A stretch of DNA of 64,000 bases from Amoebidium appalachense (lineage: Eukaryota; Protista; Ichthyosporea). The stretch covers positions 3,860,907-3,924,906 of the forward strand of contig CAVNZM010000001.1 in the NCBI GenBank assembly GCA_963693365.1, given 5' to 3'. The notes under the pieces are model-generated. The model was given only the letters and a program-made list of their open reading frames with translations. It was not told the DNA's origin and did not search any database. Both the position numbers and the translations under genes were made by a program. Shown piece after piece: positions 1 to 21,902 of this stretch; position 1 is the stretch's first letter; each line of letters opens with the position of its first letter.

Positions 1-70
1 CCAACGACTTGACTACGACTACGACTACGACTTTCATATTATGCCTTGAATTAATGGCAGCAGTCGGCCC
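1..70. mobile_element. Probable DNA-transposon terminus with (GACTAC)n subterminal repeats, cut by the window edge
   Basis: The window starts CCAACGACTTGACTACGACTACGACTACGACT and shares CGACTTGACT with the terminal motif CAGGGATGTACCGACTTGACT at 29870 and (reverse complement) at 17339-17359. Confidence 0.45.
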
Positions 71-116
71 AAGGGGGGGAGGGAGGGAGAGGGGGGTGTT
101 ACAGGCAATTTCTGCA

Positions 117-170
117 GCAGGCAATTTTTGCACTGACGCTGGTACCATGAGTCAGGGAATTTTTGCACAG

Positions 171-223
<53 letters not shown>

Positions 224-437
224 AAAAAAATAATAAAAAAATAAAAACAAAAACATTCCCCTTTCAAAGTCACCCAGACACGTGCATACACACAATACAC
301 ACACACACCGTGTCACACATATACACACACACATATATACACACACGTGCACGCACACATAGTATACACACGTGTACACACACACATACACACTGTGCAT
401 GAGCGCGCGCGCACACACACAGACACAGACACTGTAA

Positions 438-478
<41 letters not shown>

Positions 479-816
479 ACCAGACACACACATATGCACG
501 TACACAGTCTAGCGTAACGCGCGCGCACGCACGCCCGCTCGCACAGTGTCCACGAACAAACACACACACGTGCATGCACGCACACGCACACACACACGCG
601 CGCGCGCGCATGTACACACATACACATACACAGGCACACGAACACCCACACCCACACACTTCTGACGTGCACAATCTAATTTACGTAATGCGCGCGTGTG
701 CGGGTGCGACAGGCATGAGGTATATATTGCATGTGTAGAGTGGATGCAGTCACCCTAGCACACACACACACACAGACACACGCACACACACATACACACA
801 CACACGCGCGCGCACG

Positions 817-868
<52 letters not shown>

Positions 869-1110
869 GTGACACACACACACAGACACATGCACACCCA
901 CACACACACCCTTGTGACGTGCACAGTCTAACGTAATGTGCGCGCGTGCGCGTGCGTGCACACACACACACACAGACACACGAACACCCACCCACACACT
1001 TATACATGTACATGCACATTCTAACGTAATTACAATGATTGTGGGGGGGGGGGGGAAGGTGCAATAATTCCTTGGCTCATGATACCGATGTCAGTGCAAA
1101 AATTGCCTGC
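117..1110. mobile_element. MITE-like element with 52-bp TIRs and a CA-rich, internally duplicated interior
   Basis: 117-168 GCAGGCAATTTTTGCACTGAC...TTGCAC matches the reverse complement of 1059-1110 at 45/52 positions. No clear TSD. Confidence 0.7.
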
Positions 1111-1169
1111 ATGGGGGGGGGGGGGGGGGGGGGGGGATTATTGCGTATGGTGATGCATATCACGCCATG

Positions 1170-1560
1170 TTATCCGAATAACACAGGTAAACAATGACGC
1201 GATATAGTCCCCGACTATATCAACGCCTGCCACGGTATCACATACCATATAGTCCCCGACTATATCAACGCCTGTATCACATACCCCTAACCAGTTGATA
1301 TAGTTGCCACCTATCACAAGTCCTATGGCTAAGCGATTGATAGGTGGTGGTATTGTTGGCAACTATGTCAATACAGGTATAGGTGCTGTGATAGACTGCG
1401 TCAAAAACACGAACACGTGGGATGGTTTTGATATAGACTCACTTATACCACACTGGTTTTCTTGTGACAAGGCATGGAGTCATGGGCGGTGCAATGTGCA
1501 CAAGCTATTGCACACAGTGTAACTGGTGGTGTATTAGTCCCAACTGTTACACAGTTGCTT
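1170..1560 (+). repeat. Degenerate inverted homolog of ~16720-17050
   Basis: 1176-1229 aligns without gaps at 42/54 to the reverse complement of ~16995-17048, and patchy similarity continues. Contains an internal duplication of ATATAGTCCCCGACTATATCAACGCCTG. Confidence 0.6.
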
Positions 1561-3674
1561 TTTAAGCAGCCCACCCGGCGGGGCACGCAGGGGGAGGGGG
1601 GGGGGGGGGGAGGCTTGTACTTGCTTAGTTCCTGTCTCGACGTATATCCTTTATTGTTGCCTTGTAGAATATAGAGGCTCTGCATAATAATACACTCTCC
1701 TCTCTCTTTCTATTAAGCACTACAGGGTGTACTTCAGTATGAACAAACAAGACTACAATAACTAATGAACAGCTACGTATGTTCGGTGCCCCGTCCTTCG
1801 ACTAGCTCGACCTAGCTGAAGCAGAATCTCCACAAACGGGTCACTCTGCTGGCATTGGTTGCGGAATCGAGCAGGCCGTAGTCAGACGAGGCACGTCATG
1901 TATGGATGACTCTCTGCATGAGCACAAGTTGACTGTTAGGGGGTGTCACAGGCTGCATGAATGGAAAAAATTCGTGACCCCAAACCGGTAAACTGTCAAC
2001 ATGAAACAGGCAACAATTCAAAACAATAAACACTTCTGGGTAATTCAGAAGGTGGCAGCTGGTATACCACGTCCATTCTTCACATGACTACGAGCAAGTC
2101 TATGAAACTGGCATTCTCAAAACACCAACAACAACCGGTATAGTTGGCATCAAAGAAATGATAGTTCTGCACGACTTACCGTTCTGACGAAAGAAGCCAT
2201 TTTGTACCACTCTCCTTCTTAGGGGCTGATGGCATCTCGTTACATGTCTTGACCTCCAAAGGGTAGCTTTGCCCAACTTAAAACTGAAACTCAGCCTCTT
2301 GTTTCTTCTCCTTTCTGCAGTTGCATGCAGTTAATCGTGCACCTGCACAGAAGAGGAGGAGAGATAAAACAGTCTCTGCGACAGCTGAAGGAACAAGGCA
2401 CCTGGTAGCAGGACAGGCAGTAAGGGACTCCGAAACAAAAACTAACCCCAAGACTTGGTCAAGTATATATTAGGATGCAGCCGCGAGGAGGTGCTCAAAA
2501 AGGAACCGTAATCCTTTATAATGCGCTGTGCAATGCGTACTTAACTTGATCATCCACAGGGATAGGTCTGAGCACTTACATGACCAAAGGTGATAACGAT
2601 AAAAAGAATACAGAACTATGGCCGAGGACCCTCAATCCCCAGTCACTTACCCTTTGCACAGGGGAGCACTGTATTATGTTGCATTGAGGCACGTAGGCCA
2701 GTTCAAACGTGCCATCGCACGACTGAGGTGTTTGTGGCAGCCTACAAAACAGGCACAAAAGGCCAAGCTCGGCTTCCTAAACCTCCTGAGCGCTCCCTTG
2801 CCTCCATTTTCTCCACAAACCGAACGACTGCTGCGATGCGCTCTACGGGAACTTATAGCTCGGGAACTTCCTGTTGCAAAAATTAGGCTGTCTCATGTAC
2901 ATCCTTAAGCTAGTTTCGTACTTCCTATACGGTGCTATATTGCAAACAAAAGTTCAACAACCACCACAAAAACAACAGACTGTCGGGGATTTGGCGCGAA
3001 GTCAGCTTTGCCAGTGATCACAGTTTTTTCAGTGATCGAATGGAACACCTACATCCAGTCTGCCAGTAGTATTGTGAGGTTATAACAGAGTTTAAAACAA
3101 AGAGGTGTTTTTTAATCTGTCGTGTGTCTCTTTTCTATATTCCAAACTATGCGTCACGGCGATCTACAAATGTGATATACATTTTAAACCCATTTTATCT
3201 CAACCTTTAAAACGCTCTCTTCACGGCCAATCATTGCCCTTACGTCCTCACCTCAGCCAATCACAAGCATTTAACAGCGTTTTTGATCATGCATGACTTA
3301 TATATGGCGAATCAACGAAAGGTGTTAGCTTACGTAAGGAAGATGATCTTGGGATGATCATTTTGAGTTTTGACCCGAACCTTTGAGAATTTCTTTGACT
3401 CGACCCAGAATGATGGGGTTCACTTCTGAACCGAACCGGCTCTTACCTAGCCCGCCGGCTTACGTTGGCGCCTTGGCACTTACACCTGAGCTGTAACCAA
3501 TGAACATAGTCCAAACTAATTGCAAATGATTGGTACACCTTATTTCAGGGCAGGCGCCAACGTAAGCCACTAGGCAGACGGTCGTTGACCACACAACATG
3601 GCAGTGGCGCGCAGAGTTTGTGCCGGGTGTACGTGAAACCAGTGTACCGTTTCGTCCCAACTAGTGGCAACAAT

Positions 3675-10351
<6,677 letters not shown>

Positions 10352-10962
10352 CATGTCAGACCCAGCGGCTGTGGTGTAGACAGAGTTTCCTGCCTGGTTA
10401 GGCTTTTAGCGTGCATGTTCTTCTAGAATATGTAAGAATGGCTACTACGTTTAAGCCAACCCAATATATTCGTTTAACAAAGATGCCCCCCCCCCCCCCC
10501 TCCCTTTTTCTGGGTGGAGTGGTGGTACATAGGGGGTTTTTCCTTTTTGGATGATGAGCTTTTTTTGCCTCGAGATGTATCGTAAGTTCTATGAAAGTTC
10601 TAATCATAACTATACTGTAGGTTGCAGCTTATAATGTGTGGCCTCCCTACTTTGTGTGTTTCAGTGTGTGTGTGGGGGGGGGGGGGGGGGGGGTAGCAAT
10701 CCGTTTAGCATGGTGGTGGTGGTGGGGGGGGGGGGGGGGGGGGGGGGAGGAGGGGGGTAGCAAGCCGTTTAGTATGATTTCTTCTTGATGTGGCAGGCAT
10801 GTGACATGTAGCGCTTGGCCCGACTGACTGATCAATGCCCCTGTATATCTTACCCAATGTAACGCAAACCAAACAAAAATTCACTGCATGAACAAGCATA
10901 GTTCCCCCACTGCATGTGGCACTATCATGTGGCTGAGTAAAATGACTATCTCTATGTCAGAG

Positions 10963-11078
10963 CGGACGATCTCACAGGGCTCTTGTGATCCCCCCCCCAA
11001 ATCCCAACCCCACCACCACCACCACCACCCCATCCAACCCATAACACCACCCTGATATGCTGCTACCGGTACCCCTGC

Positions 11079-11112
<34 letters not shown>

Positions 11113-11537
11113 CCCCCCGGGGCCCCCTTCCCCCCTAAAAAAAACACCAGCACTATCACTTCTAGCCCTACCGCCCGTGACACCACCATGAAATGCCACC
11201 CCTGTCTCTCTCTGTTTCCCCCTCCCCTACATACGAATCACGTACCTGACCCACTCACAAGACTGGGGTGCTGCCCCGGGTTAAATTTTACGGATATGTT
11301 TGACAATGAGTGTTGTGTTAGCGATTAATAAGGGAACCTCTTAGTACATTGTACATTGGTGTGTATTGGGAGACGGTGGCTCCTTTGCTACTGAAGCGTC
11401 CTGCGCGCGTGAATCTCAAACGGCTTAGAAGCATAAAATATGGAATAAAATCTCCACACACAAACCCATGGCTCCACCAGAACGTGGCTCAGTAACATGT
11501 ACATCTCATGTACGGACTATCTCACGGGCCTCTTTGA

Positions 11538-11572
<35 letters not shown>

Positions 11573-11815
11573 ACAGAATCTCCTTCCCCAAAACACCAGC
11601 ACTATCACTTCTACCCCTACCACTCCGAAACAGCACCATGAAATGCCACACTTCCCCCCCCCCCCCCCCCCCCCCCCCTCCAAAACAGGGTGAATATCTT
11701 GGACCATTAGTGGTGTATTAGCGACTAATAATAGAACCTCTTACAGTGGTACATTGTACATTAGTGTGTATAAGGAGACGGTGGCTCTTTTGAGGCTGTA
11801 AGTGTCCTGCGCGCG
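10963..11815 (+). repeat. Diverged direct duplication (~10963-11410 and ~11512-11815)
   Basis: The blocks AAAACACCAGCACTATCACTTCTA, CACCATGAAATGCCAC, GTACATTGTACATT, GGAGACGGTGGCTC and GTCCTGCGCGCG occur in the same order in both copies. Confidence 0.75.
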
Positions 11816-12420
11816 ATAATTTCAAGTGGGATAAAATATGCAACTTAAATTTTTTGCCTTCACATACCCACCGTCACATACCCCGTAACTTCAAATGCAA
11901 CAACCTGCAGCTGCACATGCTCCCCTGCAATCCCTCGGTTGTTGTTGTGGTTTGTGTGTATTTGTTTATGTGTGTGTGGGGCGGGGGGGGGGGGGGGGGG
12001 GGGGGAGGGGGGGGGGGGGGGGGATAAGATTGGGTGACCGTGGGGCTACCCAAACTTAAAGATGCTAGTATATTACTCTCGGCCATTGCCCCCTGTAAGC
12101 CTTCTCTTAAACCTCTTTTGCAACTGCAGATCTTAGCACATGGCATGCATTGCCCAGTGCACAAGGCATATGAAATACCTAGAATTCCGACGTTTGCACC
12201 CCATGCGATTGGGAACTGCCAGTGAAGTTTAGATATCATGCCTTCTCCCCTCCCTCCCTCCGAACCCATTTCCCCCTCCCCCCCAAAGGAGGGCGGTAAA
12301 AAACATCGGGAAATGTCACGCACACACCACACACACAGTGCCACGATTCGTGGCAAATCCGTTGTGCTCACATGCCATAGCAATTAAAGCACAAAGATTG
12401 CTAATGACATATAGTATAAA

Positions 12421-12504
<84 letters not shown>

Positions 12505-12589
12505 CATTGCACCCACCCACACACACATCATCAGTGCATCGATATCCACACATGCACACTGTGGCACGCGCACACCGGCACACATACCA

Positions 12590-12718
12590 GATAAGCATAC
12601 ACAAAATATAGTACACAAGTATGTCGTGGGTATTCATCACCAATCTCGATATCCTCCTCCACACCCCCCTCCGACATACACTCACAGCCCCCCCCCCCCC
12701 CCCCCCCCCCCTCCCCCC

Positions 12719-12752
<34 letters not shown>

Positions 12753-12852
12753 AGTTAGCCCGTTCTGCAACCTCCCGTGCACATAGAGTCAGCAACCACA
12801 AATAAGAGACTCCAAAATGATATTTGTGTACCATATTTTGTGTATGCATATC
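12590..12852. repeat. 33-bp inverted repeat pair around a poly-C tract (possible small MITE)
   Basis: 12590-12622 matches the reverse complement of 12820-12852 at 30/33. Confidence 0.55.
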
Positions 12853-13463
12853 TAATGAGAAACTTTTTGTGGAGTCACATGTACATAAATCGAAGGAGTG
12901 GGAGGGGGAGAGGGGGGGGGGGGGAGGGGTGCTGGTGCACGTTGGGAAAGGGTGGTGAGAGGGGCCAGGAGGGGGATGGGCCGGGGGTTCACGTTTGCCA
13001 CGTTCTACTGGCTTGCCCCCCCCCCTCCCCACCCCCCCCCCCCCCCCCGCCCACCGGGCCCACAAATGAAAGGCACACACCACGGCTCAAACACATGCAT
13101 ACACAAACATGCGTGCACGTCACACACATTACATATGTGAATGCACTGCGGAGACCCATGACAAACATGATAATCCAGCTCGAGCTCGTGCCACATGTGG
13201 ACATTGAATTGTGTATGTGCACACACAACCTGGTATTTGTATACTGATATGGGAGTGGGCCCTACGTTCGTGGTTTTTTTGGAAGCTATTGATTGTATTA
13301 TTGTGTTGGGTGCATGTGTTTATTTACTATGATATGCCAGAAGTTCTTTTTAAAGGGAGAAAGGGAAGGCCTACGGGGGACAATAACGGGTGTTGGGGCG
13401 GGCTCAGGGGTGCGTAGGTGGGGTGGGGTAGGGGTGCACTATAGTGTGTGTGTGTATATATGT

Positions 13464-13500
<37 letters not shown>

Positions 13501-13791
13501 CTGCCGCTGCATTATCCATCTGAGGCCATATATGCTTCGCCATATATGAGGCCCGCAATTAATGCACTGCTTGCACTTAAGGCCAGGCGATTAAGGGTTC
13601 ATACACGTGTGAAAAGATGCCAGACATCACATAGGTTGGTTCAATGCGGCCGGGGTGCGTTTGTGCGTGTTTTTTTATTATTTAATTTATTTAATTTAAT
13701 TTTTTTTGGGGGGGGGAGGGGGGGGGGGGGGGGGGTTGGTTGTTTGTGTGTTTTTATTACTTGTATTTAGTTTTATTACTACTTTTTTTTT

Positions 13792-13840
<49 letters not shown>

Positions 13841-14986
13841 GCTAAGGATAGTACACTCATGTGGGGATCGACCGTACGTCTGTGTCTCTCGATTCAGAAG
13901 CTAAACAACAAGGAATAGAACACACAGCTGGATTCGCGGAAGTGCATGTGCCTGCGTCGTTTTGGATGTGTATGCATGACGGGTGTTCACATGCACAAAG
14001 AAAGAGTGGCTAGTAACACATATTGTCAAAAACACACACAATCCCGTGGTGGTCAACTCGTTTGCCTCAAGGCACTGACACGGATGGACACTCTCGTGCT
14101 TGCAGCCTTAGTGGTAGGTCTTTATTATCAGGGCCATGTCCTATCATGTCTACAATCCAATGTTTCTTGTTATTAAAATTTACTCTATTTACGTAAACGG
14201 TTGTTTTGTGTGCTTACGCATACAAAGGTGCTCTGGTCGTGAGTGTTATGCAGGAATATAGGAGAAGGTATGGGGAACCGCGTATTCCGGTATCACCATA
14301 ACATCAAGAAACATGTCTACAATCCCATGTGACGAACGTTTAAGCAAAGCTATCCTATCCAACCCAACTGTGTTATCCCCTTGAATCCGACTGACAAACC
14401 CAGATCAATTGGTTCCAATAGTCACAGCGTAGTGCACACAGGTGGCCAAGTGTACTACATGTTGGACCTGTGCCTCCCCCCCTCCCCCCCCCCCTCCCCC
14501 CTCCCCCTTCTCTCGGGGATGACGGACAAGAGAAAACCCAAAGAGAAACCATGCACGAGATAGACTTGAGAGGGGAGGACACAAACCATCTGAACAACAA
14601 GCATTCAGAACATGCAAGCCCAACTGCATCAGTACTACTGACTGGGTGGTGCAGCAGGCCTTGAGCGCAGCCGCCGATCCAGAATGTCCTCCTTCTTGTG
14701 TTCCGCTACCCACAGCGGCTTGCCCTGTGACCTTGTGTCGGTCGCGCCCCCGGTCTTGGAAACTGTGAAGACGAATTCTATATCAGGCAAGACTCTCAGT
14801 AATACTCTTATAACCCCCTCCCCCCCTCCCCCCCCACACACACATACCACAACCCCCAACTACCCCCATCCCCCCGCATACACTCTACTTCGAAGACCAA
14901 AGGCATCCCACTTTTAGGTTAATATATCAACTCTACCTCTGACTTGGTGGTGGTCGTACACACTTGTACACCCACTCGCTAGCTGC

Positions 14987-15425
<439 letters not shown>

Positions 15426-15457
15426 GATGAACAGGGAGAAGGAAAAACAAATATTGA

Positions 15458-15496
<39 letters not shown>

Positions 15497-16427
15497 GAGG
15501 GTGGTTCGCTGACAGCTCAGTCAAAGGCGAAGGCGGTCAAAATTTATAGAAACCGGAGCGCAATGCCGCAGACGGCGCAGAGAATTGTTGTCACCCAAAT
15601 TTCTGTAATTAGCGTGAAATCTATAAACAACAATTATATATTTTATTTGTATTAGTTAGTATAAAGTCCTTCATTATCAGAAAATTCAAAATGGTTTTGT
15701 TGATATACGTAAAAAACATTTGACTCGCCTTTCTACTCTCCATACCTGGGATTTGCCTCGCTCCCCGTAATCTTCATAAGAGTCACCCAACAATCCTGGT
15801 CTACCCCATCTGTTTTTTTTTGCTTTGTATTCAATTGTATTACCAACCATTAAAAAAAAAGGTTCAAAAAGCCATCACCCATTAATTTTAAAATACTTAG
15901 GAATTATATTAGCTACACAAACTCGACGGTTACCTCCTGCAAAGTGAGCCGTTCAAAGGCTGTCTAGAGGTCTGTCACTTGAAGTGAAATCACAAAAATT
16001 GTTGGCCCACGGCGGTGTGTGCGTGCCGCTCATAACATACGTATACGTGGTCCCAATTATTACCTGTTTTTTTTCCAGCTTGCCAGCTCTCACCTCCCCC
16101 CCCCCCCCCCCCCCCCCCCCCGGTCTCCTCTCCCCCTCCCTCCCCCTTATAAACACCCGCACGTGCAAGCACACGATTGCAAATTTTAGAGGCATATGCA
16201 CGTAATAGATGTGCCACGGGTTCCACCCACTAATACCTAGGCCTGCAAGGCTCATCTGTCGTTCTATTTCAATTCAAAGGAAATGACGTGATGCACACAC
16301 CCAACTTGAAGTTCATTTGGTTAGAGAGTGCATCAAGCCATCTATTGAAAGCTCGCTCAACCCCCCCTCCCCCCCCCCCCCTCCCCCCTCCCCCCCCGCC
16401 CTGCCCGCGATCCACACACACTTGTGT

Positions 16428-16462
<35 letters not shown>

Positions 16463-17104
16463 CACACACACACACACACAAACAGAAGGAGAGCCTAAAG
16501 GTTCGGGCACATGCATCTACACAAGTGCTCACTGAACAGGTGCATGTGCGCACATCATACAACCTGACTTTGACATCATGATCTGCGGGGAGAGTGGGGA
16601 CGGAGGGAGGTGTGGAAGGCAGTGATGATGGTGGTGGTGGGGAGGGGTGAGGGGGGGGGGGGGGGGGGGAGGGTTTGCGGTGAAATAGACACCACCAAAA
16701 GCACTCTGCCACACAACAATGGGCACTAAGTAGGTGTAACAACTGTTTTGTGTGTAATAATCTATTGAATAGCACCAACAACTACACCCTGCGACAGAAT
16801 TGTCGGCGTAATAGGGGCGATTATAGTACTTTGTGTGTAATTTCCCATGCAATAGACGCCAACGACTACACCCCACACTGGAACAGGCGGCATAATAGAC
16901 AGGACTTTGTACTACCATGCAACAGGCACGGTCTATTACAGTACAGGGGCCATAAACGCTAATTAGGTATATCGATATCTCCGCCAAGCTGCCACAGGCG
17001 TTGATATTGTCGGTGCCAAAAACACGGCATTCTTTACCCGTGTAATCCTTATCGATGCCAGCCCCGTCCGCCCCCAAGACATACATGACACGGCTCATAA
17101 TCAA

Positions 17105-17359
17105 GATTTCATTGCCCACATGTGCACATGATCATGAGCGTCCCCCCCCCCCCCCTCCTCCCCACCCCCCCCCCCCCCAACCCACCCCCACCGGGCCCTC
17201 GCTTGGCCCTCCCCCTCCCCCCTCCCCCCCTCCCCCAAAGTCGTGGGCCATAGTCGCAGCTGTCTGCCTTGGCGACTCGACTACGACTGCACGACTTTGC
17301 CTCTTTGTCTCTTCGGCGATTACGACTGACGACTTTTTAGTCAAGTCGGTACATCCCTG
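17105..17359 (-). mobile_element. DNA-transposon end (terminal CAGGGATGTACCGACTTGACT with GTCGTAGTC-type subterminal repeats)
   Basis: The reverse complement is homologous to 29870-30050 from the terminal 21-mer through ATGTGCACATGTGGGCAATGAAATC. Homology stops abruptly at CAGGG in both copies. Confidence 0.7.
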
Positions 17360-17963
17360 GTTCCGAGTCGACGTCCGAGTCCGAGCCCCCAGAGTCGTCT
17401 CGGGTCGATGCAAAGAGTCACCAGGCTGACTGTGACTCCAGTGAATTCGAACCGTTCCATATGCATGGCATCAGCGGTTCACGGCGTGACACGTGGGGCC
17501 ACTGGGGTGGCCCTCGCGCATCGGTGGTGGCCCAGTGCACGTGGCTGCAGCTTCAGCTGGGGGGCACAGTGCAGCACGTGCATTTTTATTTATTTATTAT
17601 TTTTTATTTTTTTTATTTTATCACGTTTTGTTCCCGGAGGGCCTTTTCTTTTGGCCTTTTCAGGCCCTCTAGGGAAACTACCGTCTACCACACAGCACCG
17701 ACAGTACACTAGTTAAGGTGCTATCTATGAGTTCAGCTAAGCTAAACCATCCTTCACAACCTAACTATAAGTACACACTTTGCCCAGGGCTACTACCCCA
17801 GCCACGCCGGCAGGAGGCTCCAGTCCTCCCCTCCATTCAAAACCTAGCAATAAACGTTAACCGAGGGCTCTCATTGGTCGATCTACAGTATTGGGAAGTC
17901 CTACGTGTTGTGTATAGTATTTACGGTGGGTATGGGTGGATGATGGGGTGTGGTGGTGGTGGT

Positions 17964-17996
<33 letters not shown>

Positions 17997-18581
17997 GCTG
18001 CCTAACATTATGTGTTGTTGTACGTATGTTGTGGCGATGTTTTTGTGGACTAAAAGGTGGGTTTTACAGGGCACACTGGGTCTGTGTGTGTTCCGGGAGT
18101 CAGAACAGGCTGGCCGGGTGTGTGGGGGGGGTGTATTTGTTGGTGTCTTGGGTTTTTGGGGAGCCATACTTTTCTTTCTACGGGTGGTGGGCATATGGTG
18201 GTGTTTTTGCATTTTGGGGTGGGTGGGGGGGAGTGTTGTGTTCCGTGGGTGCCAAATTTTTGAAAAGAAAAAGGACTGAAACTCTACTGTGATTTTTCCT
18301 AAGATGGCCCGGGTGGTAGTGCAGCACGTGCACATGTGTGACATATAAGACTACCGGTGCACCTGAGTGACACCTAGGCCTACCGTAATGGAGCCTCCTC
18401 ACCGATTCTCACTCAATTCGCGAATTCCGGCGAACTTCGTTTAAAAACGTCAGCTGCAGAATGCACGGAGCTCGAGGGGCCCGGGGAGGCTGGCGCATTC
18501 CAGGAAGGGACCGGGCCTGGGATTGAGGGTTGACGCGGGAGGGGAGGGATTGGGGAGGCGAACTGGGCGGAGCTCGAAAAA

Positions 18582-18613
<32 letters not shown>

Positions 18614-18893
18614 TATTTCAACAGGAAACATGCAATCGCCATATCATCGCGGCAATAATAGTAGTAGGGATTCTTGATTTTGAAACGGGGAGGCGGGCTA
18701 GGTTGGGGAGGGGGGAAAGGGGGACCCACCCACCGCCTTGGACGGGTGGGTCCCCCCCCCCCCCCCCCCCCCCCCTCTCCCCCCTCCCTTCCGGGGGGGA
18801 CCCACCACCCCTAGGTCCGGCTAGCAGAAGGGGGGGGGGGACTCAACACCGACCACCGACCTGACTAGGTGGGTTCTCCCCCCCCCCCCCCCC

Positions 18894-18927
<34 letters not shown>

Positions 18928-19513
18928 CTCCCGGGGGGAGGGGACCCACCCACCCCCTATATAGGCTGCCATCATATGACTGTCAGATAACCTGATCATA
19001 TAGTACCATGATTTGGCAGCGGTTTACATACATTCCCAAAACATAAACATTGTGGCTAACTCATAGAAGTCACTCTTGCTCGCCTGATTAAAACTCTATT
19101 AGTAAAGGTCAACCCCTCCCCCCCCCCCCCCCCCGCGCCCCCTCCCCCCCCCCCCCCCCCCCCCCTGGCCGCCGCCGCCAAAGGCCCCCTGTCCCCCCCT
19201 CCCCTTCCTTCCACCCCCTCCTCTCGCACTCGTTTCTGTTTCTAGTCGCCCCACCGTGGTAGTATTGGGGGGAAAGTTATCGTGCTAACCATGCAGTGTT
19301 TGTGTGCTTATCTGTGTGGCGGGGACTGGTATATGTGTGTGGTGTGGGTGAGATGTATCTGCATGTTCATGTCCGGTGCTCATCGCTGCTCCAAGTTTTT
19401 GCATTTTGTGTGCGTGTGTGGTACATGTGTGCAGGTGTGCAGGTACATGTGAATTAAATACGCGTGGAAGTGTGTACTGTGTGTGTGGGCAATTTAGAAA
19501 TAGATAAACGTTG

Positions 19514-19559
<46 letters not shown>

Positions 19560-19914
19560 ATGTTCGTTTGGGTGTGGGTGTGAGTGTGTGTGGTGTGTGT
19601 GTGTGTGTGTGCGTGCGTGCGTGCGCATGTACACATGCATTTACTTGTGTAAACGGGCAGGGGAAGGGGGGGGGCCCTGGGGGGGGGGGGGGGGGGGGAG
19701 AGGGTGAGAGGCGGGAGGGGCCGGGGAGGGGGGGGGAGGGGGGAGGGGGGGGGTTGGGTCGCTTACCTGGAAAATGTTATGGAGCCTCATATAGTACACA
19801 TTTGCCACGGACTAGACAAAGCAGACCTTGCAAAGAACACACAATGAATCATGATGCATCCGGCAGAAGAAGAGCACCAGCACTAAGGGGTGGGAAATGT
19901 GTGCATGTGTGTGC

Positions 19915-20004
<90 letters not shown>

Positions 20005-20072
20005 GTGTACGATGTGTGTGTGCGTGTGTGTGTGTGTGCGTGTGTGTGTGCGTACGTGCGTGCGTGCGTGTG

Positions 20073-20143
<71 letters not shown>

Positions 20144-21093
20144 TGTGGTGTGTGTGTTTGGAGAAGAGGAGGGGGAGATATGCATCAGTGGCCAAAACGG
20201 AAATAATTTCTCAAAAAAAAAAAAAAAAAAAAAAAGGAAAGTAACGAATACATGTACAGCTTTGGTGGATGGAAAAGACACTCTGGCCATGATCACGGAC
20301 ATGGGCGGGCCGGGGAGGGGGGGGAAGGGGGTGGGGACCCACCAACCCACCAGCATGATGGCAGGTGTTACCCAATCAAAATTAGCCAATTATTTACGTG
20401 CCATTTTTGGCAGGTGGCTAACCGTAAAAGGTTAGTCTTGCGCCCTTGCTGGATAACTATTTTGGCCGCAGCGCTGCCTGCAGGACTATAATTTCTACAA
20501 AACAATATCGTAAAAACTACAAACTTTCAGGAAATATATAGATAACAGCCAAAAAAGCGCTCTTGAGGGGTGATAACATCGCTACAAACTCAGCCAGTCC
20601 CAAAAACCATTATGCTCCCACCAGGCAACCCAGCTGTGCGAGGGAACAAATATAAGTTGAAAACGTGCATGCAGGAGCAGCCTGTAGCCTATCACTTGGA
20701 TTTTATCATATCGTGTGTGGAATTTGGCACTCACATGGGGCCCCCTGCGTTTCAAAATGACACCTCTTTAATTCTGGTGCACCCTCTAGGCTGCAACATG
20801 TATGAAGAGGGCTAGTTGCCAACGTTTGGCAGGAGCCTCCCCTGGGGTAGTGGGCTGTGTTTGCAGAGGCTGGGCCTGTGGTGCAAGTTTTACGCAAAAC
20901 AGGTCCACCCCCTGCATTTACAGTCTACAGTTACCGCCCCCGGTAGAGGTCCCACTGCAGAGGGTCCCCTCTGCGATTTGGTGTCACCGGGGCGGAGGGA
21001 GCGGGGGAGACTCGGAGAGGTGAGGGGGGGGGGGGGGGGGGGGGGGGGGAGGGGGGGGGGGAAGTAGACAGATTCAGCAGCGGCCGCAGAATG

Positions 21094-21124
<31 letters not shown>

Positions 21125-21783
21125 CTTGACGGGGGGCGGAGGGGGGAGGGGGGGGGGGGGGGGGAGTAAGAGAGAAAAAGAGTGAGACAGGAAATGTATG
21201 TGTTGCGGCACGCATGTGTGTGCTCTTTGAGCATGTGCCCCGGCATGTGAGCGCGTCTGTGTTCTTGTGCCTGTATGATCATGCATATGTGTGTGTGTGT
21301 GCCAGTGTGTCCGTGACAGCATGTGAGTGCACGTGCTTGGCCGCATGCGTGTGCAAGTGTGATGGTTGTATTTCTGCTTGGTATGTTTTGTTTGGTATCC
21401 TAACTCAGTAAAGCAATATGATTTTGTGCACACGTGTTTACCATACTGATCACGGGGTGGCCATAGGTGCGTGCATGATGCGTGCATGTGCGTGCGCCTC
21501 AGGTGTCTGAGTACATGCCCTGTCTACTTGCCCTCTTGAATGCAGGACTGCTTGGCAGCACTTGCCAACAATTGCCGAAATTTTTCACCTACATATGCAC
21601 ATTTTTCGGACTATGCAGTGGACTAGTGGTGACCAATAGCGACACAGTCGGGAGCAGCAACTGCAAGCACACCATGTCATGTTACCGGTAGAGTAGGCTT
21701 GTTTTCAACACGGTGCAGGTAATTCGCAAAAGTGTGTGTGCGTGTGTTTGCGTGCGCGCTCAGTTCTGTGTGTGCGCGTGTGT

Positions 21784-21822
<39 letters not shown>

Positions 21823-21842
21823 TGCGTGCGTGCCTCGGTGTG

Positions 21843-21902
<60 letters not shown>

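Noticed and set aside
10-32. CRISPR-like or telomeric reading of (GACTAC)n
   Set aside because: Only about four short units with no spacers. They are better explained as transposon subterminal repeats.
16529-17119. 196-aa ORF MGNEILIMSR...
   Set aside because: It overlaps the inverted terminal repeat region, has no recognisable domain, and I found no matching ORF in the homologous left copy.
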